Shown: piece after piece, positions 25,066 through 35,516 of the stretch
Layout: every line of letters starts with the position of its first letter
How positions within the stretch are numbered: position 1 is the stretch's first letter
Assembly (NCBI GenBank): GCA_963752285.1
Contig: CAVVXN010000005.1
Coordinates: 1,216,001 to 1,280,000 of the forward strand
DNA length: 64,000 nucleotides
Origin: an uncultured Planctomycetota bacterium
GTDB lineage: Bacteria > Planctomycetota > PLA2 > JAEUHO01
Direction of reading: 5' to 3'
The notes under the pieces: model-generated
Seen by the model: only the letters and a program-made list of their open reading frames with translations
The model's database searches: none
What the model was told of the DNA's origin: nothing
Made by a program: the position numbers and the translations under genes

Positions 25066-27104
25066 CGCGCCGTCTCCCCGTCCCGTACGTACAGGTCGCG
25101 AAGCGGCACCACGTCGAGCAGGTCGGGCCGCGCGGCCGCCTCCGACCCGGCGGGCGGCATCGGGAAGCCGCCGACGCGGGGGCTCACGAGGCCGCTCCAG
25201 ACGTACACGTAGAGCGGAAGCACCGGGAACGCCTCGCCGACGAGGATCGCCTCCGCCTCGGAGAGGAGGTCGAGGCGCAGCGCGGCCAGGGCCTCGATCC
25301 GCGCGCGGCCCGGCGGCGCCTCGCGGCAGCGGTCGAGGAGCCGGTGCGCCCTCGCGGGGTCCGAGAGCCCATCGATCCACGGTTCGGGCTGGGCGACGAA
25401 CGACCCGACGTCGGCGGCGAATCGGATCAACCGGTCGTAGCGCGCGTCGGACCACCCGGTTCGGTTGTTGCCGCCGTTGGTGACGAAGCAGTCGAGGAAG
25501 GTCGAGGGATCGACGGTGTCCGCCACCCACGACGCGCGGGCGAGGTCGTAGTCGAGGTCCCGCACGCTCTGCTGGTACGTCTGCCACTCCTGGTTGTAGG
25601 CCTCCACGTCGAGGCCCAGGTTCTGCCGCAGCTGGTACGCCACGTTCTCGGCGATCTTCCGGTGCGCCTCGGACGAGTTGTAGAGCAGCCCGATCTTTTC
25701 CATGCCGCGTCCGCCCGGATGGCCGGCGGCCGCGAGCAGGTCGCGGGCGCGCGCCGGGTCGAACGCGATCGCCGTCGCGGGCGACCGGTAGCCGGGGATC
25801 CCCGGCGGCACGAACGTCCGCGCGGGCGCGTTCCCGAGGCGGATCAGGTGATCGACGATCCGCTGCCGGTTCACGGCCAGGCACAAGGCCTCGCGCACGC
25901 GCGCGTCGTCGAACGGAGGCCGCGTGCAGTTGAACCGGTAGAAGTACACGCCGAGCCCCGGGCACCGGTAGAAGTCGCTCCGCCGGGCGAGGTCGTCCAC
26001 GAGGTCGTGCGGGTAGGAGCCCGAGATCCAGTCGAGCTCGCCCGTCAGGTAGAGGCCGAGCTGCGTGGCCGCGTTGTCGGTCGGGATCGCGTCCACGACC
26101 CCGAGGCGGATCCGGTCGCGGTCCCAGTACGTCTCGCTCCGCACCAGCCGGATCCGGTCGTTCACGCGCCACGACGCGAGGCGGAACGGGCCGTTCGACA
26201 CGATCGTCTCGGGGAGGAACCAGTCCGTCGCGCGCCCGGGCGCCTCGACGACGCGTCTCGGCACCGGGTACGTGGAGCGAAACGACGTGAGCTCGAGGAA
26301 CCCCGGCGTCACCGCCCGGAGCTCGACCACGAGGGTCCGGTCGTCTCGCGCGTACACCCCCGCGCTCACCCCGAAGACCCGCGCCGCCTCCCGCGCCGCC
26401 TCCCGCCGCCGGCGTCCCTCCGCACGGAGCGCCGGGACGAGGTCCTCGAGGCGGCGCGCCTCGAGCGTCCCGGCTCCCCACGCGAGGGCCTCGACCAGCC
26501 GCGGGTCGTCCGCCCCGGCGAGGGCCTCGGGCAGGCGCGCGTCTCGCACGAACTGCCGCCAGGCCGCGGCGGAGAGGCCCGCGGAGCTCGTGCGGGCCAG
26601 CGCCTCGAGCGCCCGAGCGGCGCCCCCCCCGCCTGCCGGGCCGCCGAGGAGCAGGTCCGCGCACGCGCCGTACGTGTGGAAGGCCTCCGCGTACCGGACC
26701 GGGTGGAGGAGGTACGCGTACCGGGAGGCGGTGTCGGGGTCGAGGAGGCGACGCCACGACCAGGCGAAGTCCCCGGCCGTGACGGGCCGGCCGTCGCTCC
26801 ACCGCGCCTCGGGCCTCAGGTGAAACGTCCAGACGAGGCCGTCGTCCGAGACGTTCCAGGACGACGCCACGCCGGGCGCGGGCGCGAACGACCTCGGGTC
26901 CAGGTGGGTGAGGCCCTCGAAGAGCGCGTCCTCGATCCGCCCCTCGGGCTCGCCGGTCCCGAGCGCGGGGTCGAGCGTCTGCGGCTCCGCCGCGTTCGCG
27001 AACACGAAGTCGGCGCGCCGGCGCGCGGTCGGAGAGAACGTGAGGGCGACCAGGCCGAGTGCGAGGCCGAACGCGGCCAGGAGGCAGAGCAGCGGTCGGA
27101 GCAT
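25062..27104 (-). CDS. oppA: Peptide ABC transporter substrate-binding protein (family 5, OppA-like) 1
   Basis: EPQTLDPA, LFEGL, WTFHLRPEARWSDGRPVTAGDF, SNGPFRL, PPFDDARVREAL. Confidence 0.9.
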   Translation of the reverse strand: MLRPLLCLLAAFGLALGLVALTFSPTARRRADFVFANAAEPQTLDPALGTGEPEGRIEDALFEGLTHLDPRSFAPAPGVASSWNVSDDGLVWTFHLRPEARWSDGRPVTAGDFAWSWRRLLDPDTASRYAYLLHPVRYAEAFHTYGACADLLLGGPAGGGGAARALEALARTSSAGLSAAAWRQFVRDARLPEALAGADDPRLVEALAWGAGTLEARRLEDLVPALRAEGRRRREAAREAARVFGVSAGVYARDDRTLVVELRAVTPGFLELTSFRSTYPVPRRVVEAPGRATDWFLPETIVSNGPFRLASWRVNDRIRLVRSETYWDRDRIRLGVVDAIPTDNAATQLGLYLTGELDWISGSYPHDLVDDLARRSDFYRCPGLGVYFYRFNCTRPPFDDARVREALCLAVNRQRIVDHLIRLGNAPARTFVPPGIPGYRSPATAIAFDPARARDLLAAAGHPGGRGMEKIGLLYNSSEAHRKIAENVAYQLRQNLGLDVEAYNQEWQTYQQSVRDLDYDLARASWVADTVDPSTFLDCFVTNGGNNRTGWSDARYDRLIRFAADVGSFVAQPEPWIDGLSDPARAHRLLDRCREAPPGRARIEALAALRLDLLSEAEAILVGEAFPVLPLYVYVWSGLVSPRVGGFPMPPAGSEAAARPDLLDVVPLRDLYVRDGETAR

Positions 27105-27170
27105 GCCTCCTCCCCGGCGCGCCGAGCCCGAGTGACGGCGCCGGACGGGCGGACCGGAACGGGGGATCTC

Positions 27171-29156
27171 TCAGTGCGTAGCGTTCGGGATCGAGCCCAC
27201 GTAGCCCGGCTGCTTCCAGGCGGCGTCCGAGCCGAGGCCCTTCGCGCCCCCCACGAGGTACGCGCGCTGGGGGATCACCAGCGGCACGACGACCGCCTCG
27301 TCGAGGAGACGACGTTCGGCCGACTCGAGGAGCGCCAGGCGGAGCGACTCCCGCTCGGCTTCGTTCCCGTGCGAGGCGGTCTGCGCCATCGTCCTGAGCG
27401 TCGCCTCCTCCGGCAGGCCCTTCGAACGCGCCTCGGCGTCGGCGACGAACGCGTCCACGTCGAGCGCCGCCTCGACGAGGCGCTCGTACTGGTCGTCGTG
27501 CCATCCCAGGCCCGACTGCGGGTGCTTCGGCAGGAAGAGCCCCACGTACGCGGAGGGGTCGGGCACGAGGCCTTCGATCTCGCCGAGGGCGACCTGGAAC
27601 GCCCCGGCGCGCCGCAGTCCGTCCATCTGCTCGGCGGTGTCGATGCGCAGGCCGAGGTCCAGGCCGAACGCCTTCTTCCAGCTCGCGAGGACCCGGTCGG
27701 CCACCTCATCCATGTACGGGCTCTCGAGGTAGTGGAGGTCCACCCACGGGAACTTCGTCGTGTCCACGCCCGCCGACTTCAAGGCCGCGATCGCCTGGGC
27801 CGCCGTCCCCGCCGGCGCGCAGGGCGGCGATCCCGTCGGCCGGACGAGCACCGGCGGGATCACGCGGGTCGCCGGGAGGGCCGTCGGCCAGAAGAGCTTC
27901 GCGATGCCGGCGCGGTCGATCGCCATCGCGAACGCACGGCGTACCTCGCGACGGTCGAAGGGAGGCCGGTCGCAACGGAACCGGAGGAGGATCACCCGGC
28001 CGGACGGAACGGCCTGGAACCCGTTCGCCTTCTCGGCCTGGGTCTTCAGCTCCTTCGGCGCGCTCGTCCATCCCTCGGCGAGGTCGGCGGCCCAGTCCGT
28101 CTGTCCCAGCGAGAGGCGCCGCAGGTGCTCCGCGGGCTTCTCGCCGGTGGTGCACTTGACCTCCTCCGACTGCCCGCGTCGGGGACCGTCGTACGTCTTG
28201 CTGCGCACGAGCTCGACGACCGTCAGGGGGTTCGGCGTGTCCCGTCCCTGCCGCACGACGCGCCCCGTGCGGACGTAGGGACCGTTCGTCGGGAGCGCGG
28301 CGGGGTCGAACGCGTCCTGACCGCCTTGGAGCGTCTTCGGGTGGAGCGGCACGAACGGCGCGCGCGCGAGGAGCGCGGGGAGCCACGGGGCGCGCCCCGT
28401 CAGGTGGATCTCGAGCGTCTGGTCGTCCTTCGGGATCACGCCCATCGTCGTCCCGAACGCGTCGAACGCGTCCCGCGCCTGCCTCTTGTACTTGTCGCGG
28501 ACGCTCTTCAGCGCACGGAGCACGTTCTCGACCTTGTCCTTGGGGAACACGTCCGAACCCCAACGCAGGAAGCGCTTCACGTCGGGGTCGCTCTCGTCCT
28601 CGAGGTACGGTCGCACGCCCGTCTCCTCGAGAACCGTCTGCACTTCCTTGCCCTCGACCCCCTTGTCCGACACGTCGTCCTTGAGGCGCCGGGTGGTCTC
28701 GAAGAGGACGCTCACGGCGAGCTGTCCGTCCGCGATCGTCGCGGCACCCTCCATCGACCGGAACGCCCACGACCACGAAGAGGGGGCGTAGGGATCGAGC
28801 ATGCGCCGCCACGCCGCGACGAAGTCGGAGGCCTTGACCGGGCTCCCGTCGCTCCACTTCGCGCCGGCCCGGAGCTGGAAGGTCCAGGTCTTGCCGTCGG
28901 GGGACACCTGCCAGGACCGCGCCGCCGCCGGCACGACCTCTCCCGTGGTGGGGTCGTACGCCGTGAGCGGGTCGAAGAGGGCGAGGATCAACCGTTCGTC
29001 GTTCGGGTGGACCGCGTCGTGCGGATCTACGACGCTGAAGAACGGCGCGGAGTAGGAGAAGGGCCGGGTCTCGTCCGCGGCGGGACCGATCGTCCCGATC
29101 GAGGCGAGCGCGACCTGGGCTACGGCCAGCGCGAACCAGCGGCGGAACCGGCGCAT
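27171..29156 (-). CDS. Peptide ABC transporter substrate-binding protein (family 5, OppA-like) 2
   Basis: WTFQLRAGAKWSDGSPVKASDF, TNGPY, PPFDRREVRRAFAMAIDR; signal peptide MRRFRRWF. Confidence 0.85.
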   Translation of the reverse strand: MRRFRRWFALAVAQVALASIGTIGPAADETRPFSYSAPFFSVVDPHDAVHPNDERLILALFDPLTAYDPTTGEVVPAAARSWQVSPDGKTWTFQLRAGAKWSDGSPVKASDFVAAWRRMLDPYAPSSWSWAFRSMEGAATIADGQLAVSVLFETTRRLKDDVSDKGVEGKEVQTVLEETGVRPYLEDESDPDVKRFLRWGSDVFPKDKVENVLRALKSVRDKYKRQARDAFDAFGTTMGVIPKDDQTLEIHLTGRAPWLPALLARAPFVPLHPKTLQGGQDAFDPAALPTNGPYVRTGRVVRQGRDTPNPLTVVELVRSKTYDGPRRGQSEEVKCTTGEKPAEHLRRLSLGQTDWAADLAEGWTSAPKELKTQAEKANGFQAVPSGRVILLRFRCDRPPFDRREVRRAFAMAIDRAGIAKLFWPTALPATRVIPPVLVRPTGSPPCAPAGTAAQAIAALKSAGVDTTKFPWVDLHYLESPYMDEVADRVLASWKKAFGLDLGLRIDTAEQMDGLRRAGAFQVALGEIEGLVPDPSAYVGLFLPKHPQSGLGWHDDQYERLVEAALDVDAFVADAEARSKGLPEEATLRTMAQTASHGNEAERESLRLALLESAERRLLDEAVVVPLVIPQRAYLVGGAKGLGSDAAWKQPGYVGSIPNATH

Positions 29157-29290
29157 CGTCGTCCTCCCTTTCCGGTGCGGCCCCTCGCGCCGACCGGGGG
29201 ACGCGCCGGGCCCGGCCAGAACGGCGGGCCACGGGCGCGGCCCGCGGGACGACGTCCTCGGGCACGCGGGGCTCTTGTCGGCGCCGGGGC

Positions 29291-29779
29291 TCAGGGCCGC
29301 CTCGACGCCCGTCTCGTGAGGGCCTCGAGCACGGAGGGCGGCACCCAGGCCGAGACGTCTCCGCCCAGGGACGCCACCTCGCGCACGAGCGTGGACGATA
29401 CCATGGCCGTCTCGGGAGAGGGCGCCATGAGCAGCGTCTCCACGCCCGGCGCCAGTCGACCGTTCGCGACCGCCATCTCGAGCTCGTACTCGTAGTCGCG
29501 CACCGTGCGCACGCCGCGGAGGAGCACGGTCGCGCCGCGTCTCCTCGCGTGCTCGACCAGGAGTCCGTCGAACGGCTCCACCGTCACGGTCGCCAGGTCG
29601 GCCACGAGCGGACGGATCAGTGCCGCGCGCTCGTCCTGCGCGAGCCAGGTGCCCGGGCGCGACGAGCCCACGCACACGATCAGCGCGTCGAACAGCCGCG
29701 CGCCGCGCCGGACGAGGTCCAGGTGTCCGTACGTCACCGGGTCGAACGTGCCCGGGAGGAGGGCGGTGATCGGTCTCAC
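29291..29779 (-). CDS. coaD: Phosphopantetheine adenylyltransferase
   Basis: PGTFDPVTYGHLD, LRGVRTVRDYEYE, VSSTLVREVASLGGDVS. Confidence 0.95.
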   Translation of the reverse strand: MRPITALLPGTFDPVTYGHLDLVRRGARLFDALIVCVGSSRPGTWLAQDERAALIRPLVADLATVTVEPFDGLLVEHARRRGATVLLRGVRTVRDYEYELEMAVANGRLAPGVETLLMAPSPETAMVSSTLVREVASLGGDVSAWVPPSVLEALTRRASRRP

Positions 29780-32736
29780 GGGAAGACTCCCCAGGCCGCG
29801 GGGTCGGGCTCGTCGTTGAAGGTGCGCCGCGCCTCCAGCCCCCCGCCGCCGACGGTGGTGACCACGTTGAGCTGCACGCCGACGTCCTCGCCGCGCACGC
29901 TCGCGCCGAAGAGGATCGCGTGGTCCTTGCTGTAGCGTCCGAACACCACCCTCAGGTGGTTCTCGTCGGACCGGAAGTCGTACTGCTCGCGTACGCGCAC
30001 CCCGTACTTCTCGCTCCAACGCCACGAGACGTCCACGATCGGCGCGACGGCCTCGTCGCGCACGTAGCGCAGGCCCGCGCCCACCGCCCACGCGTCGGAG
30101 CACGAGAACCCGCCGCCGAGGAAGGCCTCGTCGAACCCGCGGCGACCGAGGTCGATGTGTCCCTCGCCCGAGACGTACAGCCGCTCCCGCGGGCGCCCCC
30201 GGAGCCGGAGGTCGATCGCCCCCGGCGAGGTCTCGAGGTACGGCCCGCGGTCGTCCACGTAGCGGTGGTACGCCACGTCGAGGTCGAGCACGTCCCGCAC
30301 GCCGCCCCGCGCGGCGCGCGTCTGGAGGCGGTTCTCCACCTGCACGAAGGCGTTGCTCCGGTCGCGCTCCAGGTCCCAGACGTCGAAGGCCGGCGACTCC
30401 AGCGGCTCGTCGCCTCCGAACCAGCGCCCCGAGAACCCGGCGTCCAGGTCGATGACGTGGCGCAGCCGGTCGAGCTGGAACCAGCCTCCCCGGACCTCCC
30501 ACGTCCGGTGGAGCTGGAGGTGCGCGCGCGCGCCGGCGACCAGCGCCGCGCTCTCGAGACGCGAGGGCCGCCCGGTCCGCGCCAGGTCCTCCGTCGCGTC
30601 CGTTCCCGCGTAGGCCGAGATCCGCACGTCGCCCGCGTCGAACCCCAGCCCGAGCTCCGTCCGGGTCGCGAGCCGCGCGGTCTCGGGCTCGGGGAGCGTC
30701 AGCCCGTCGGCCACGCGCCGGCGGAGCCAGCCCGCGCGTGAGTGGGTCAGCAGGTCGATCGAGGGCGCCCCCTTCCGGCCCGGGACGACCAGCGGGACCG
30801 CGGAGCTCCAGAGGTCCACCTGGGGCAGCTCCTCGGTCTCCGTCACGAACGACCGCTGGTGCCACTTCGCGTCGAGCGTCGCCACCCAGAGCTGCTGCTC
30901 CCACCGCGTGCGGACGTACGACTCGCGGTCCTGCTCCGTCAACGCGTCGTTCTCGAAGTACTCGAGGTTCACGCCGGCGTCCGAGAAGTCGTTCACGAAC
31001 GCGTCGAAGGTCGTGTGCGGGAGGACGTGGCTCCGGCTCTCCAGCTCCGCGAGCCACCGGAACGGATGCGGCGCGAAGAACCCCGACGCGTCGTCCCTCC
31101 GGCCGAACTCGTAGATGCCCCAGAGCTGGGCCGATCCCCGCGTCTGGTCGTGATCCCACTCGATGTCGGCCCCGGCCGCGGGACCGCGCTTCGAGTAGCC
31201 GCCGACGAGCACGCCCCAGTCGAACCAGGGCCGGCCGGCGGGACCCGCCCGGCCCCCCAGGGTGACGTTCGCGTAGCGGCCCTGGGACGAGCGGTTCCCG
31301 TACGTGACCCGGCGGACGCGGACCGGGAGGTTCGCCTCGAAAGGGTAGGAGAAGGTCGCAGACCCCCAGTAGGCGAGCGGGACGCGCTCGCCCCGGAGCT
31401 CGACGCCCTCGGCGTGGTAGCGCTGGTCCGGGACGCGTCGGAACCCGAGCAGTGTCGGCACGCGGCCGAGCTCGCCGTCCGCGGCCTCCCCCGGCGCGGG
31501 CTGCTCCTCTTCCACGACGAGACGGCCCACCTCGAGGGCCAGTCGGTCGTCCGCACGGCTCACGGACACTTCGGAGTCGTCGAACACGGCCACGCCTTTT
31601 CCGACGAGCCGGGCCCACCGTGCGCGAACGTAGAGCGGGAGACCCTCGAGGGGCGACGTCTTCGTCATGCCCTGCGCCCCCGCGCCGCGCAGCGCGTCCT
31701 CGTGCGCGGCGCCCGGTGAACGCGGCGGGGTGCCCTTCGCGGTGAAGCGGGGCTCGAGCAGGAGCGCCTTGTACGTGGGCGGCTCGAGATAGAGGCGCTC
31801 GGAACGAAACGCGAGGTCGCCGTAGGTCAGCTCGACCGCGCCCTCCGCGTAGAGCCCGAGGACGGCCTCCTGGAGGACGGACGCGTCGGTCCGGCTCCCA
31901 GGAGGCGACCGCCCGGGTGGCGCGGGCTCGGGAGTCGAGGTCTCGGGAGGCGCGGCCTCGGGAGGCGCCGTGCCGTCCGGGGAAGCGGCCTTGCGGTCCA
32001 GACCCTCGAGGCCCGAGAGCACGCCCGCGTCGCCGAGCCGCGTGCGGTCGATCCAGGCGACGACGGTGTTCGCCTTGACGTCCAGGTCTTCCACGCGCTG
32101 CCCGTCGGGCCGCCGGTGCGCGAACCCCCGGATCCGGGGGTTCCCCATCATCACGAGCGCGATCCGCCCGTCGCCGTCCGGGTACCACCGCATCGTTCCG
32201 CCCTGGGAGTCCACGGTGAAGTCGAGGTCCTCGGGTCGGGGCGCGATCCTGGCCGGCGGTCGCGGCGGCGGAGCGCTCGGCCCCACCGGCGCGGCGCCGG
32301 GTGAAGGCGGGCTCGGTGCGGCGCCCGACGGGCGGGCGACCGCGTTCCCGGGCGCGGCGACGGGCGCGCGCGCGACGCGCGGCTCCAACGCCGGCGGCGC
32401 GGTCCGCCCCGGGACGACGACGCGCACCACGGGCGGCGGGAGCGGGGCCCCGGGCGCCCGCCGGGTCGGCGGGGCGGCGGCGGGCGGCGCGACCGGCGGC
32501 GCGACCGGCGGCGCCCCCGCTCCGGGCGCCGGCACGGGCCGCCGTTCGGGAACGGCGGGCGCGACGACCGGCCCCGGGGGCCGCCGCGGGCGGACGGACG
32601 CGGGCGGCGCGTGCCGGATCACCTTCGGCGGCGGCAGCTCGTCGCCCCCGCCCCGGGCGGTCCGCGCGGCGACGACCACCAGGCACAGCAGGACGACGAG
32701 ACCGAGCGCGTCGGGGCGACGAGACCCTCCCTGCAT
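29776..32736 (-). CDS. lptD: LptD-like outer-membrane beta-barrel (LPS assembly) with Pro/Ala-rich N-terminal linker
   Basis: Signal peptide; YAEGAVELTYGD..FRSERLY (OstA-like); amphipathic strands; FSDAGVNLEYFE, EELPQV, LRHVIDL, VENRLQT; murJ-x-coaD context. Confidence 0.6.
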   Translation of the reverse strand: MQGGSRRPDALGLVVLLCLVVVAARTARGGGDELPPPKVIRHAPPASVRPRRPPGPVVAPAVPERRPVPAPGAGAPPVAPPVAPPAAAPPTRRAPGAPLPPPVVRVVVPGRTAPPALEPRVARAPVAAPGNAVARPSGAAPSPPSPGAAPVGPSAPPPRPPARIAPRPEDLDFTVDSQGGTMRWYPDGDGRIALVMMGNPRIRGFAHRRPDGQRVEDLDVKANTVVAWIDRTRLGDAGVLSGLEGLDRKAASPDGTAPPEAAPPETSTPEPAPPGRSPPGSRTDASVLQEAVLGLYAEGAVELTYGDLAFRSERLYLEPPTYKALLLEPRFTAKGTPPRSPGAAHEDALRGAGAQGMTKTSPLEGLPLYVRARWARLVGKGVAVFDDSEVSVSRADDRLALEVGRLVVEEEQPAPGEAADGELGRVPTLLGFRRVPDQRYHAEGVELRGERVPLAYWGSATFSYPFEANLPVRVRRVTYGNRSSQGRYANVTLGGRAGPAGRPWFDWGVLVGGYSKRGPAAGADIEWDHDQTRGSAQLWGIYEFGRRDDASGFFAPHPFRWLAELESRSHVLPHTTFDAFVNDFSDAGVNLEYFENDALTEQDRESYVRTRWEQQLWVATLDAKWHQRSFVTETEELPQVDLWSSAVPLVVPGRKGAPSIDLLTHSRAGWLRRRVADGLTLPEPETARLATRTELGLGFDAGDVRISAYAGTDATEDLARTGRPSRLESAALVAGARAHLQLHRTWEVRGGWFQLDRLRHVIDLDAGFSGRWFGGDEPLESPAFDVWDLERDRSNAFVQVENRLQTRAARGGVRDVLDLDVAYHRYVDDRGPYLETSPGAIDLRLRGRPRERLYVSGEGHIDLGRRGFDEAFLGGGFSCSDAWAVGAGLRYVRDEAVAPIVDVSWRWSEKYGVRVREQYDFRSDENHLRVVFGRYSKDHAILFGASVRGEDVGVQLNVVTTVGGGGLEARRTFNDEPDPAAWGVFP

Positions 32737-32759
32737 GCCGCCCCCCACCGGGCCGGTCG

Positions 32760-34403
32760 TCAGGATACGGCTCCCGGGCTCGGTGGCGGGGTCCGACGCC
32801 GGCGGAGGAGCCGCGTGACGCTCTGGACCTCCGCGACTCCAAGTGCCCGGAGGGACAGGAGATAGAGCGTTCCGAGCGCGAGCGTCACCCCGAGCGTCAG
32901 GAGCGCGCCCATCGCGCCCCCCGCCACCGGACGGTCACCACGAAGCCAGGTGGTGGCCACCAGGTGACCGAGCCCCCCCATCAGGGCCGCAGCGGCGCCG
33001 ATCCGCAGGAGGAACCGCCACGGGACGGCGAGCGACCGACCCCCGAAGACCCGGCCGGCGAGCCGAAGGAGGAGGTAGTTCGTGGCGGAGCCCGCCGCGA
33101 CCGAGAGCGCGAGCCCACGGTGCCCGAGCGTACCCACCGTCGAGAGGGCGAGCGCGATCGTCACGAGGATTCCGCCGAGGGAACACAGCATCGGCGTCCT
33201 CGTGTCGCCGCGCGCGAGGAAGCGCGGCACCGTCGCCTTGACGCCCGCGTAGAAGACGATGCCCAGCGCGTACGCGCGGAGCGCGCCCGCCACCGCGGCG
33301 GTGTCGCTCGCGCTGAACCGCCCGCGCTGGTAGAGCATCCGCAGGATCGGCTCGGCGAGGACGAAGAGCCCCACCGCCGCGGGGAGGGCCAGGAGCCAGG
33401 AGATCCGGAGGCCCCGGCGCACGAGGTCGTCGAGACCCTGCGCGTCGCCGCGGGCCGCGTGACGCGAGCCCGCGGCCAAGACGACCGTGCCCAGCGCCAC
33501 GCCGATCAGCCCGATCGGCAGGTGAACGAGGCGGAAGGCGTAGCCGAGCCAGGCGGGCCACGCCGGCTCCCGCGAGGCGAGCGCCGTCACGATGACGAGC
33601 ATCACGTTCGTCCCCGCGAGGGAGACGACGACCGGGGCCATCCGCTTCGCCACCGAGCGGAGGGCCGGGTCGGAGAAACGGAGGTCCAGGCGCGGCGCCC
33701 CGCGCCAGCCCACGCGATAGAGGAGCGGCACCTGGACGAGGAGCTGCGCGAGGCCGCCCGCCACCGCCAGCACCGACCACGCCGTGACGGCCTGCTCCAC
33801 CCGCTCGGGCCGGTCCCAGTGGAGGGCGAGGAGCACCGCCCCCCCCGTGATCGCGACGAGGTTGAAGCACGCGGGCGCGAAGGCGGGCACGAAATAGCGG
33901 CGGTGGGTGTTCAAGACGCCCATCGACACGGCCGCCAGCGCGACGAGCGGCAGGAACGGGAACATGATCCGCGTGAGCGAGATCGTGAGCGAGCGCATGG
34001 CCGGCGCGACGTCCGGCGCCACGACGTCCACCACCGCGGGCGCGAAGACGATGCCCAGGAGCGCGATCGTGCCCGTCCAGAGCCCGAGCGTCCCCATCGT
34101 GCGCCGCGCGAGGAGGAACGCGCGCTCGTCGCCCTCCTCCGCGCGGACCTTCGCGAACGCCGGGACGAACGCGGACGAGAGCGCGCCCTCCGCGAAGAAG
34201 TCGCGGAGCAGGTTCGGGATCCGGAACGCGAGGACGAACGCGCTCGCTTCCCCGCTCGCGCCGACCAGCGCGGCGAAGACGGACTCGCGCGCGAGACCGG
34301 CGACGCGCGAGAGCGCCGTCGCCATCGAGACGCGCGACGCCGGCCGGCCGACGCTCTCCGACGCGCCGCGACGGTCGTTCACGGCCCCCCCGTCGTCGGA
34401 CAC
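32760..34403 (-). CDS. murJ: Lipid II flippase MurJ/MviN
   Basis: SRVAGLARE, AFRIPNLLRDFFAEGALSSAFVP, many TM helices, GDTRTPM. Confidence 0.93.
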   Translation of the reverse strand: MSDDGGAVNDRRGASESVGRPASRVSMATALSRVAGLARESVFAALVGASGEASAFVLAFRIPNLLRDFFAEGALSSAFVPAFAKVRAEEGDERAFLLARRTMGTLGLWTGTIALLGIVFAPAVVDVVAPDVAPAMRSLTISLTRIMFPFLPLVALAAVSMGVLNTHRRYFVPAFAPACFNLVAITGGAVLLALHWDRPERVEQAVTAWSVLAVAGGLAQLLVQVPLLYRVGWRGAPRLDLRFSDPALRSVAKRMAPVVVSLAGTNVMLVIVTALASREPAWPAWLGYAFRLVHLPIGLIGVALGTVVLAAGSRHAARGDAQGLDDLVRRGLRISWLLALPAAVGLFVLAEPILRMLYQRGRFSASDTAAVAGALRAYALGIVFYAGVKATVPRFLARGDTRTPMLCSLGGILVTIALALSTVGTLGHRGLALSVAAGSATNYLLLRLAGRVFGGRSLAVPWRFLLRIGAAAALMGGLGHLVATTWLRGDRPVAGGAMGALLTLGVTLALGTLYLLSLRALGVAEVQSVTRLLRRRRTPPPSPGAVS

Positions 34404-34544
34404 GGTCCCTCCCGGTGGGGCCCGCCCGGCCCGGGGGGCGCCCGCCTCATGGATCGGTCCGTCCGGGGTCCGGGTCGAGGTCGGTCGCGTTCGACGCGTG
34501 CGCCGGCGTGTCGCCGGCGCACGCCCGGATCCCGCGGCGGTCGG

Positions 34545-35516
34545 TCACTGCGGGGAGGACATCGTCGCCTGCGGGTCCTCGGGGGCGCCGCCCCGGCCCA
34601 TCCGCGCCTCGAACCGCCTCGTCCGGGCCTCGATCCCGACGCCGCCGTCGAAGGGGCCCCCGTACGTGCGGACCAGCGGCTCGAGCGCGGCGATGCGCGC
34701 ATCGGCCGGCGGGTGCGTGGCCCAGGTGTCCTCGACGCGCCCCGGCGCCGCCGACATGTAGTCCTTGATCGCGGAGGCGTCGTAGCCGGTGTCGTAGAGG
34801 ATCAGCGTCCCCTCGCGGTCGGCGTCGAGCTCGTAGGCCCGGCCGTAGCCGTCCCGGACGAGACGACCGGCGAGGTCGCCGACGGCGTCGCCGAAGAGCT
34901 TCGCCATGTTGCGCGCGAACGACGTCTGGTTCGCGCCCGCGCCCGCGGCGACGGTGCGGGCCACGACCGAGAACGACGCCTGCCACGTCGGCCCTTCGCG
35001 GAGGATCTTCTCGCCGTGGTGCAGGCTGACGTGCCCGAGCTCGTGGGCGAGGATCCCGGCCAGCTCCTCCTCGTTCCGGCAGCGGCGCACCGCGCCACGC
35101 GTGACGAAGACGAAGCCGCCCGGTCCCGAGATCCCGTTCTGGACGTCCGTGTCGAGGACGCCGAAGTGGTACCCCCCGTACGTCGCGGGGAGCCGCTCGC
35201 TCAGCGTGACGATGGCCGCGCCGACGAGGCGGACGTACGACTGGATCCCCTCGTCCGGGTCGAGGCCGTACGTGGCGATCGCGTTCGCCGCGACCGCGCG
35301 GCCGAGGTAGTACTCCTGCTCCGGGGAGAACTTCACGTTCATCTGGTCTACGGTCTCGGTCGCGTCCACGATCCCGCCCACCGCGGCGCGGGCGACGTCG
35401 CCGGTGCGACCCCCGACGAAGCCGCCCGCCACGTTCCCGGCGATGTCGCCGGTGCGGCACGCGCCGAGCGCGACGAGGGGTGCGAGCGCCGAGGCGATCA
35501 GGGCGAGGCGCCTCAT
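34545..35516 (-). CDS. M48-family zinc metalloprotease lipoprotein
   Basis: Lipobox LGA|C, EQEYYLGRAVA, ELAGILAHELGH (HExxH), YELDADREG, THPPADARI. Confidence 0.9.
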   Translation of the reverse strand: MRRLALIASALAPLVALGACRTGDIAGNVAGGFVGGRTGDVARAAVGGIVDATETVDQMNVKFSPEQEYYLGRAVAANAIATYGLDPDEGIQSYVRLVGAAIVTLSERLPATYGGYHFGVLDTDVQNGISGPGGFVFVTRGAVRRCRNEEELAGILAHELGHVSLHHGEKILREGPTWQASFSVVARTVAAGAGANQTSFARNMAKLFGDAVGDLAGRLVRDGYGRAYELDADREGTLILYDTGYDASAIKDYMSAAPGRVEDTWATHPPADARIAALEPLVRTYGGPFDGGVGIEARTRRFEARMGRGGAPEDPQATMSSPQ

